Source of the DNA: Podarcis cretensis
Taxonomy: Eukaryota
Assembly (NCBI GenBank): GCA_951804945.1
Contig: OX638163.1
Coordinates: forward strand, 37,448,001 to 37,512,000
Direction of reading: 5' to 3'
DNA length: 64,000 nucleotides
The notes under the pieces were generated by a model. It made no database searches and had not been told where the DNA came from. It worked only from the letters and a program-made list of their open reading frames with translations. Shown in pieces: positions 25,504 through 36,396 of the stretch (positions within the stretch are counted from its first letter, which is position 1; every line of letters begins with the position of its first letter). The position numbers and the translations under genes were made by a program.

Positions 25504-28500
25504 GCTGGCTTCAGGTAGGGACAGACAAATAAGTCTTTTTCCAATGGCCCATCTGGCTCAGCATCCTGTTCTCACAGTGGCCACCCAGATTCCTGTGGGA
25601 ACCCCTCAATCAGTACCCAAGCATAAGCACACTCTCCCCCCCTGAATGGGTCAGTCTCCAGCAACTGGTATTCAGAAGCACTGCAGCGTCCAACAGTGTA
25701 AGCAGAACATAGCCATCAACATGACTATGTTGATAGCCTTCTCCATAAAGTTGCCAAATCCTCTTTTACAGCCATTAAAGTTGTGTCATGTGTTCATTAA
25801 GGCTGCCAACCCCGTTCATTCACAACTTTTTCTGAATCTATCTGCTTTTTAAAAATAATAAATAAATAAATAAATATGCATGAAGAGTTACGTGAGAATT
25901 CATATTTTAAAATGTATTTTCTCACCTCCATGAAAAAGCAAAAAATTAATATATATATATATGTTGGAGTGTTAGCAGAAAAGTGCACCACCAAATTTGT
26001 AAAAGTGCTAATTTAGGAGGATGATTAGCTATATTCCAATCTGCACATTATTCAAAGTGCTGTAGATCATTAGCAGTTCAAATGGTAATCATGGGGGGGG
26101 GGGGCAGACACAGAAAATCAAATTTCTCCAGTATCCAGGTTTTGAAGGGATCATTGCCAAAACACTGTCGGTGGGCTTCTTTACCTCATTGTACTGTGCA
26201 TGCTGGCAGCTGTTTCTGTGTCCATGCTTGCTTACGAGAGAGAGAGAGAAGAGAGAGAGAGAGATAGAGAGAGTGCCTGGGTGAACAAATGAAGACAGTT
26301 GGTATTCTTTGCCATCACCTTTCAGTCACTCCCCCAGTTGTGGCTGGTGCCCATTAGGCTGTTGATGTGGAAGGTGGGGTGGCCAGCAGTAGGTGAAGCC
26401 AGAACCAATGAGAAATAGAGCTGCTACCTGGCTAACTGTATGTAAGACAGGCAGGTGAGAGACTGACCAATTCAGCCCAATGGACCAGCCTCCACTGCTC
26501 TCCACATTTAGGCTATTGGTTCAGAAAAGGCCTATAAGTAGGGTCAGTTCATGTATGAGTTGCTAGGGATTGCGTAAAGTAGGAGTGAGAAACTGTAGAC
26601 CTGTGGGAGAGGAGACAGCCCACCAGGCCTTACTGTTGGCCTTTGCAACTCTCCACAGGCCTCATCTGTTCTCTCCAGGTCCACATTTGCTCCCCCTTGT
26701 GGCCCTTGGATGTTTGCCTATCCTCAAACAAACTGACTTTTCACTTCCTACTGTGCATCAGAAGGGGGTGTGAATCTGCCATTGCTGACAGCTTTGTCCT
26801 AAGCATTCATGTATGTGCATGAACATCCATAGGAAAGTAGAACATTTGCAACATCTAGGGATGCATATAAGTGTGTTTTAAGTGTGCATATAAATGAATA
26901 TAATCATGACAATAACATTAGGCAATAATAATATCAGGCAAAATCCATACTAAATAAATTTCACAGGGTCTTTTAATATATATTTTTTAAAAAACTGCAA
27001 AGTGATGTGAAAATGTGGCTAACTGAACATAAAACTGGAAAAATGAAAAACCAAGAGAAATTGAAATTGACAGGTTCATTCGTCCCCAGATGCATCCCAT
27101 GAAAACAGATGATGTAAACAGAGAAGCCACTCAGAACTTTCTAGACCCCAAGCAAATCCAAACTACTTTACAAGCAAGTGTCATTGTTATTTTTAAATTT
27201 TAATTTATATGCAAATCAGACTTACTTCTCCATAGGATAAAAAAGACAGCACTGGATGTTACATGATTTGGCTAATTCCTTAATAGCACATGATCCTATT
27301 GGGCAGTGTAGGCACCATAAAGCATTATCATCTCTACTATTCAGCCCTGGGCTTCAGACTATCCTTTAAGGAAGGAATGAGGAAGCTGGGGCCCTCCAGC
27401 TGTTATTGAACTACCATCTTCCTGAATTATTTGCCATGCTGGCTGGCACAGTTGGGAGTTGGAGACCAAGAACATCAGCTTCCCTATCCTGCACTAAGAG
27501 ATGAGAAGCATACTTCTTGTTGTAACTAAGGCTGGAATCCTATTAATATTTTCCAGTTGGTTGGGACCTGCTAATAAATCATAAATTAATACACATCTAT
27601 ACACACTCTACTCCGTAGGTGTAGTATACAAGTAAACATGTTTCATATATTGCACAGTATATGAAGAAAGTAGCATGATCTTTATTGTGGCTACCCCATC
27701 TTGCAGGAGGTGAGCACACACCTGCAAACTGCTACCAAAGTTCCCCCAACTTTCATGCCACCTCATCCGCATGCTACTGCCCTTCTGGCCCCTCATGTGG
27801 CACTGCTATTCTATACCATCAGTTATTGGAAGTACTCCAAGAAATAAAACTATACTGGAGCAAATTATATTGTATTGTGGTTTATGGAGTTACTGCAGGG
27901 CACAGGTTCAATGGTAAGATTGTTGGAGTATGGCTTGGGAGAACTGGCTTCAAAACCTCACTCAGTTATGAAGCTCACTGTATGACACTGGGGTAATTGC
28001 TATAATTTTATTTTGGTGAAGGATATATGGTGAAGAAATTATGCTGCCTGCAATCCTCTGTCTGTTGCATCCTCCTTTAATACTCACAAGGGATGAGGAT
28101 GGGACCTTAGGCATTGTTCATCTGACCTCTAGGCCTAGGCCCCAGCAACCCCCACTAGGTTGAACCAAAATGTGAATATTCTTTCCATGAAAAGAAGTAC
28201 ACACTCCAGTTTGGAGAGGCTCTTTTTGCACTTTTTAAGCAATGCAGAAAGGATGCACCCTCCTGGTATACATTCAAGCTACCCCCTTCAAGTAGTTCAC
28301 ACACTCATTCATATCCAACATACAGGAATCAGCCCTCTGTGAGACTCTTTGCAGCCCTGATGACCTGTCACTTTAGCATATCCCCCCCCCATTCAAATTA
28401 CTCTTTGCCTTCTCCTTTCTCATAGCAACAATGCCTCACAATGTGGATTATGAGTTGCGGCTGTGGGAGAACAACGATGCAGGCAAACAAAACTAATTCA

Positions 28501-30610
28501 TCATCCTCCTCATCATCATATTTTATTTGTATGCCACCTTTCCACAGTTAAAAAAAAACAATGCTCAAGGCGGCTTACAGGCTTACAGCATAACAAGATT
28601 TACTAAATTACAACAACAAAAAAAGATTTACTAAATTACAAAAAGTCATAAACAATAAATAAACCACATCAAAAAATACACAACCAAATTGAAAACAATT
28701 CCCACATAAATCAAAATCTAAAACTAAGAAAACAGCATTAATATCACAGTTTAAAATGACATAGGTAAAAAAATAGTAATTTAAACAAAACCAAAACAAA
28801 ACGGAGCCCTCTCTGCCCAGCAGCAGCAGCAGCAGCAGCAGCCGTCCCTTACAGAGCCCATCAGGCCCCGCCCTGGGCCAGGGGTTGAGTGGCAGTATTG
28901 GGGCCCTCAGGCACTGAGAAGGGGAGTCCTCAATATGAGGACAATGTTTCCTGACTAATCATTCCCTTCACTCTGAGTGGGCTTCATTGTGTTGCAACAT
29001 AGTTAAATTTTCTTTGGTCTGTGATATCATTATCCTTGGAAGAATAATTATTATTTCCAATCTTTGTGTGTGTCTCTCTCCTCTCTCTGTCTCTTTCTCT
29101 CTCTCAAACACAGCTGTCAGTAGGGAGTGTGAACACCAGCAATCAGGTGAATCAGCTACCAGTTGTAGGTCCTTTGGGAAAGCTTTGCATTCCCCTTTAA
29201 AAACTGATGCCCCCCACCCCTGCCTGCCAGCAAATGTTCATTGGAAAACATTTGTCTCAGCCCTAATCATAAATGTACGTTTTATTTAATCAGACACTCC
29301 TTGTTCCCAATAAAGAAGACCTCAGTAGTCAGCGAGAGCCAGATATGTGTTGTGACATATGAATAGCTAGTTGAGAAGAAAGGTTGCTGTACTCTCTGTG
29401 CCTATGGCGCCTTATCATTATATTTTAGTCAGGGAAAAGAATGCCCAGGAGATAGTCATTAATAACCAACATTATGAGTTTGAGCAGACATGGAGCAGGG
29501 AATATGCAGTCTCCATTCCATTGCGTCTTTGGGGTGCTCAAAGGCTCTCCCAGAATATTTCTGGGAGTGATTAGCATTCAGCTGTGTAAAAGCACATGAA
29601 AGGAGATGCAGAGCTTGGTGCAGCATCAAAGTGAAGGTCAGTCTCTTTTAAAGCCCTCCTGGGCCCTCGCTTGCAGGGCAGTGAAGAATGTGATCTGGCA
29701 ACATTGCAAGGGCAGCTAGGGGTTTATTTAAAGGTACGGAAAACTGACAATCTCTAAGAATGGTTGGGTGGCTGTGTAATACCCCCACCTCCCAATGCTC
29801 ACATTCACACCCGTTTCTCCAAGTGGTGAGAAATTCCAGGGAGATGGTTACCTGCATTTGTGTTAATTCAGAGGAGACAGCACTGAAGAGGAATTCCACT
29901 CACTAAAGCAAGACTTACTTCCGAGCAAACAAGTATAGGCATATACTGCATATGTGCCTTTGTCATTTTTGCTTTATTTCTAAATATAGAAGTGGAACGC
30001 ATCTAGTCCCTACCACTGGCCATGGGGAAGTTTCCAAGAAGAGCATCACCACAAGAAGAAAACCAGCCTGGTCCCATCCATTGGGTAAAGAAAGAACAGC
30101 TGTTTGGAGCTTGCTTTGCCAATCCCTGAAAGAAATAACACTCTGCCCAGAACTACCAGTTGCCCTGGGACCGTGTAACTAAAGAAAACATGCTCTGATA
30201 CCATTCATCAGCCAGAGAACTGAGGACTGCTAGTGTGTGTGTGTTACTTCTGTTTTTTTTCTTTTTTATAAATATTTTATTAAATTTTCAAAAATACATA
30301 ATAAAAAGAGAAAAATATAACCAACCATTCAACATAACTTTTCTTATATAACTAGCTGGACTTCCTCGCGTCTCCTTACCCTGCGTTATTTATAATCAAT
30401 ATGTCAGCAAATTATTACCTTATTTCATACCTTATTTTGTACTTTCCAAATATTATACTTCTAAATTTAAACTAATTTTTATCAATTGCTCATACCTTAA
30501 AATTAAACCAAATATTGCCTTAAATTTTGACCTTTTCTTACTTATAACTTAATTTTCTATTTTACAAAGTCTATTTGCTGGAGCTGGTATTTTCTAAATC
30601 GTGCAAATAC

Positions 30611-33600
30611 TTAACATTCATACAACTTATAATATTTTTGTAGATAATCCTTAAACTTCTTCCAGTCCTCTTCCATTGTTTCTTCTCCCAAGTCTCGGAT
30701 TCTGCCAGTCATTTCAGCCAGTTCCATATAGTCTATCAATTGCGTCTGCCACTCTTCCAGTGTGGGCAAGTCTTGTGTCTTCCAGTACTTTGCAATGAGT
30801 ATTCTTGCTGCTGTTGTCGCATACATAAAAAAGCTTCTATCCTTCTTTAACACTTTCTGGCCGACAATGCCCAAGAGGAAAGCCTCCGGTTTCTTAACAA
30901 AGGTATATTTAAATACCTTTTTTAGTTCATTATAGATCATTTCCCAGAAGGCTTTCACTTTAGGGCATGTCCACCAGAGGTGAAAGAATGTCCCCTCAGC
31001 TTCTCTACATTTCCAACATTTATTGTCAGACAGGTGATATATTTTTGCAAGCTTGACTGGGGTCATATACCACCTATATATCATTTTCATAATATTCTCC
31101 TTCAGAGCATTACATGCCGTGAATTTTATTCCGGTGGTCCATAACCTTTCCCAGTCCTCAAACATAATGTTATACCCTATATCCTGAGCCCATTTTATCA
31201 TGGCTGATTTAACAGTCTCATCCTGTGTGTTCCATTTAAGCAGCAAGTTATACATTCTCGAAAGTACCTTAGTCTTTGGTTCGAACAGTTCTGTCTCTAA
31301 TTTCGACTTCTCCACCTGGAATCCTATCTTTTTGTCCAATTTAAAAACCTCTTGGATTTGGGCGTAATGTAACCAATCTTGCACCTTATTCTTTAATTTC
31401 TCCAAGCTCTGCAACCTCCATTTGTCTCCAATTTTTTCTATTAATTCCCAATATTTCGGCCAGCGGGCCTCCATATTGAGCCTCTTCCGGGCCTTAGCCT
31501 CCATTGGTGATAACCATCTCGGGGTCTTACTTTCTAATAAGTCTTTATATTTTGTCCAAACAATAAATATTGCTTTTCTGACAATATGGTTTTTGAACAT
31601 TTTATGAATCTTTACCTTGTCGTACCACAAGTATGCATGCCAACCAAAAGCATTGTTAAACCCTTCCAGATCTAGGACATCAGTGTTCTCAAGAAGTAAC
31701 CAATCTTTCATCCAGCAGAAAGCTGCAGCTTCATAATATAACTTTAAATCTGGCAGGGCAAACCCCCCCCCTCTTTTGCATCCGTTAATATTTTAAATTT
31801 TATTCGGGGCTTTTTGCCCTGCCAGACAAACCTAGAGATATCTTTCTGCCATTTTCCAAAACATTCCACTCTGTCCACAATCTGTAGGGTTTGAAACAAA
31901 AACAACATCCTTGGCAATACATTCATCTTTATAGCTGCAATTCGACCCAGCAAGGAAAGTTTCAATCTTGACCAAATTTCTAAATCCTTTTTAATTTCTG
32001 ACCAACATTTTTCATAATTATCTTTAAATAGATTCAAATTTTTAGCAGTCAAATTAACCCCTAGGTACTTCACTTTTTTAACCACATTTAACTCTGTCTC
32101 ATTCTGAAACCTTTCTGCTTCCGAAGATGTCAGATTTTTTACCAAAACCTTAGTTTTTTGCTTATTCAATTTGAATCCCGCCACCCGACCAAACTCATAT
32201 ATCAGTTCCAAAACTCTTTTCGTACTAGATTCTGGCTCCTGTAATGTTATTACCAAGTCATCTGCAAAGGCTTTCAGTTTATACTGTTTCACTCCGACCT
32301 GTATTCCTTGCACCAACCGGTCCTCCCTAATCATGTTCAAAAGCACCTCTAGGACTGAAATAAATAACAGAGGGGATAAGGGACAACCTTGTCGTGTTCC
32401 TTTTCAATTTTAAACTCTTCTGTCACCACATTGTTAACTATCAATTTAGCTTTTTGCTCTGAATAAATTGCCTCTATTCCATTTTCAAACCCCCGTCCCA
32501 CTCCCATCCCTTCCAAGTTTTTCTTCATAAACCTCCAAGAAATATTGTCAAAGGCCTTCTCCGCATCAATAAAGATTAACACTGCTTTTGTGTTAATATT
32601 AGTTTGCAAAAGTTCCAAAATGTCTATAATGTTCCTGGTATTATCAAACAAATGTCTACCTGGAAGAAAGCCTGCCTGATCTTTATGAATTACTTCATTT
32701 AACACTTTTTTAAATCTACTTGCCAAAATATCCGCAAAGATTTTATAATTCACATTTAGGAGTGAGATGGGACGGTAGTTCTTAAGTTGAGTCTTTTCAG
32801 ATTCCACTTTAGGTATCAATGTGATGAAAGCTTCTTTCCACGATTCCGGTGCCTTCTTCCCCTCCATGATCTGGTTACAGACCTCCATTAGTGGTTGTGT
32901 CAGAAAATCTTTCAATGTCTTGTAATACTTGGAGGTAAAACCATCAGGTCCTGGAGATTTGCCTAGTTGCATATTCTGAATGGCACCCTCAATTTCTTGT
33001 TGCGTTATTCTATCATTTAGGATTGTTCTCTTTTCCTGGGATAATTTTGGTAGTCCATAAATTTTTAGGAAATGATCTATCTCAATCTCTTCCTGCGGCC
33101 CTTGCATATAAAGTTGTTTGAAGTATCTCTGGAAGCACTTTCTAATTTCCTCTGGTTTCTGGATATTCTTCCCTTCAATCTCTAAATTGGTAACCGTGTT
33201 CAATTTTTGTCTCTTTTTCAACTGCCATGCCAGCAGTTTCCCACACTTATTTGCTGATTCAAATGATCTTTGTTTCATCTGTTTAATTTTCCACTCAACT
33301 TCTTGATTTATCAATTTAGCATATTGTGCTTGATAAAATTTAATTTCTCTCAGAACCTCCTGTGATTTAGGTTTTGATCTCAATTTTTTCTCACCATCTC
33401 TTATCTTGTCTAAAATCTTATCCTTTTTTTCATTCCAAAGTCTTTTCTTTATTGTGTTCTGTTGTATCAAAAACCCTCTCATAACTGCTTTACTTGCGTC
33501 CCAGATTATTCTTTTTTCCACCGTAGTATTCAAATTTATTTCAAAATAGTCTTTTAAAGTTTTTTGGGCCTTCTTAACAATCTCCTGATCTCTTAATAGG

Positions 33601-34349
33601 GTGTCATTCATTTTCCATCTGAAGGAACCGGTTGGAATAAGTCTCATTTCCACTTTCATAGCATTATGGTCGGAGCAGGTTTTTGGGCAGATCTCCACTT
33701 TTCTAGTCTTAGGTGCCAGTCCTCTAGTTATCCATATTTGGTCGATTCTTGTCCATGACAGGTGGGCTTCAGAAAAGAAGGTTCCTTCTCTGCCTAAGGG
33801 GTTCTTTGTCCTCCATATATCAATCAAATCCATATTGTCAGTTAGTTCAAAGAAAGTTTTAGGTAGTCTGCTGTCATTTGTTAAATTTTGATTTTGTGAC
33901 TTATCCATATTTGTAGAGACCACTCCATTCATATCTCCCATCATAATGATGTTGGTATAGTCCAGATAGTCCAGAATTGTCTCATGCAGTTTCCTGTAAA
34001 ATTCTGATTTCCCCTCATTCGGCGCATAAATTCCTAATATTAAAAACTTTTCTCCTTGGGCCTGTATTTCAATTGCCAAAATTCTTCCTTGCTCATCTTT
34101 AAATAAGAGTTTTGGTGACAGGCTCTCCTTTGCATAAATCACCACACCTCTTTTCTTAACTTTGTCCGATGAAATAAATTCTTGGCCTAGTCTTTTATTA
34201 ATTAACACTTTTCTATGAAGCCTAGTCACATGTGTTTCCTGCAAGCAAATAATGTCCAATTGTTCTTTTTTCAATATGTGAAAAATTCTTCTTCTTTTTT
34301 CTGGGGAATTTCCGCCATTTATATTCCAACTAAGAAGCTGCAGAGACAT
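30611..34349 (-). CDS. L1 ORF2p (APE endonuclease, reverse transcriptase, CCHC), ~1246 aa after repairing two single-base deletions
   Basis: EN motifs SWNING, CLQETH, IYAPN, GDMN, RID, SDH; RT motifs KSPGPDG, YRPISLLN, QAGF, IDAEKAFD, GTRQGCPLSP (across the frameshift), AFADD, KYLG; zinc knuckle CWKC-x8-H-x4-C. Split into ORFs 32349-34349, 31744-32346 and 30611-31711. Confidence 0.95.
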
Positions 34350-34363
34350 CCTGGATCAGTCTG

Positions 34364-35256
34364 TTAGTCCTGTGGTGGCGTCTCTTTCTTTTGATCCTCT
34401 GGTCCCGAGGGTGTAGGTGCAGGTGTAGGTATAGGTGGAGGTGGTGGCCAAGATCCTGTTGTTCCTTTCTGTAGGTCCTCTTCGTGGTCGTTCAAAAACT
34501 TTTGTTGATCCTCTGCTGTTTTGATTTTAATTTTCTTTCCTTTGAAGTTGAAGGATAGTCCTTGAGGAAACTCCCACCTAAAGGGAATTGAGTTGCTTCT
34601 CAGTAGTCTTGTTAATTCTATATAAGTATCTCTAAGGTCCAAAAGTTGTTTCGGGATATCTTTGTAGATTTCTGCCTTGATGCCTTGAATAATAAGTGAT
34701 TTTCCGAAATGAAGGCCTAGTATTTTATCTCTCTCTTGCTTAGATCTCAAGATGATCAGACAGTCTCTGGATCTGTCCTTCCTCACCACTCTTCCCAATC
34801 TAAAAGCAGTTACAATTTTAAAGTCCTTGTCTTCTTCTATACCCCAGAATTTTGTGATTTCTGATGTCAGATAACCAATCAGGTCTTCCTGTTCAAGTTC
34901 TGGGATAGCTCTCAACCTAAGATTATTTTCCCTATTCTTCAGTTCCGTCATAGCCAGGTAAACCTGCTGTTCCTTGATCTGTTTGCGCAAGGGGTTTACC
35001 TCCACTTTTAATACATCAACTTTCTGATTGGCTGCCTCTGCTTTCTGATTGGCTTCCTCAGCCAATTTACGATTTTCCACAGTTGCTTCCTGAATATTCC
35101 CAATTGCTTGTGTATGTTGAGCAACTTGATCGGTCAGTTTGCTAATAGTGGCTGTTGCTGGTCAATTTTGGACGAATGCTCATCTGCCTTTTTATTCAAA
35201 ATTGCCAGTTGTTCCAAAATTTGCTTTAAAACTGTATCAGATTCTCCAGATGCCAT
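34364..35256 (-). CDS. L1 ORF1p, ~297 aa from the first in-frame ATG after repairing one single-base deletion at ~35155
   Basis: Coiled coil followed by RENNLRLRAIPE, AFRLGR, IYKDIP, FRWEFP. ORFs 35134-35337 and 34364-35080 join if one A is added. The start codon is uncertain. Confidence 0.85.
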
Positions 35257-36059
35257 ATCCTTTGGTACAGTTTGCGCAACTACCTCTTCTTGTACTATAA
35301 CAGCTGGGACAGAAGATCTGCGTGGCTGAGAAGTCAAAGTTGTTTGTACTAGTTGTTTAGCTTTCGTTTTAGCCGCTCTTGCTTTCCCTGTGCCACTCTT
35401 TCCAATCCTGTCTACGTGCCAAGGTTAAGTTATATACAGTCCCGTGGGAAAGACATTTCCAAAAAGTAAACAACAAGGCAGCAGAAAGTCAAAACAAAAT
35501 ACAGTTCCCAAAGAATTGTGAATCCAAAGTCCTCTAGAGGGAGTACAATTATACTTCAGTAGAAAGAAAGAACTGTTCCGCCATTAACATCCCAGCAGTT
35601 AAAAACAAATTTAAAGAGAGCCTTCAGATTCCCTTTAGGTTGTAGAGCTTCCTCAATGTTGAAACAAAGTCTTAAAAGATGTGCAAGATACAGTTCCCCA
35701 AATTGTAGCTAAGCTGTAACGCTCAAATGTAGCACTTTCAGAATTGAATACGTTTTCAGCAATTTGACAGCTCTTTGTTGCCCCGGCAGTCCGGGACTTT
35801 GGGCTTCTCAGTTATTTGTAAGTCCACAAAGGAAAGGAGAGGTCCAATCCTAAGCCAACAAAATTAAAGCAAAATTGTCTCTTTTCAAAAACAAAGTTCA
35901 ATTATTGCACGAAATTCCACACTTTTTACAGCCTTTTTTAAATGCTTCCAGCTGTCAAAGTCTTTACTTTAATCCTTTAAGCACGGTAAGGAGACGGACT
36001 TCCTGGTTACGTCTCCCGCTTTCAGCCAAATTTCAATCACTTTAGTCCCAAATCTTTTT

Positions 36060-36396
36060 AAAATCCCCTACTCACGGGTTTGTAGTTTAGAGTCTGATGT
36101 TCCAGGAAAAAAGGTCGGCGCTCAGCAGCAGCAGCCGCGCGGCTTCACTTCCGCAGAAAGAGCGATGAACTCACAGCACCGCTCCCCCTTCCACGCTCCG
36201 GAGCCCCTTACGGGGTTCCTTCTTCGTTTCTGGGGGGGCTTCTGGTGCCCGCCGAGTCCCACGGCCACAGGCTCACTCTGCCTGTGGTTTTTCTTGATGG
36301 GTCTCCGCTTTGCCGTAGCGGACGACCCTTTCCTGCGGAGCCCCTCTTCACAGCGCGAAGAGGACCGCCATTGCCGTTTCGCGCCGCCTCCGGAAG
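36060..36396 (-). promoter_or_regulatory. L1 internal CpG-rich promoter with terminal ETS (CTTCCGG) and YY1-like (AATGGCGG) motifs; equivalent region in copy A at 1450-1778
   Basis: High CpG density; the motifs lie at the same position in both L1 copies. Confidence 0.65.

Larger units (their letters stand above)
30253..36396 (-). mobile_element. Full-length L1-clade LINE (copy B), ~6.1 kb
   Basis: About 1.1 kb CpG-rich 5' UTR, ORF1, 14-nt spacer, ORF2, 3' UTR with AATAAA and A-rich tail; TSD GTGTGTGTGTTACTTCTG (30235-30252, 36396-36413). Confidence 0.96.

Noticed and set aside
30231-30252. Sequence-specific (Tx1-like) targeting of (GT)n by the L1
   Set aside because: Copy A has an unrelated target, and the TTCT/GAAA junction fits ordinary L1 endonuclease preference.
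35440-35450. RBPJ-like GTGGGAA site near both ORF1 starts (also 831-838)
   Set aside because: Short motif in opposite orientation in the two copies; cannot be distinguished from chance.
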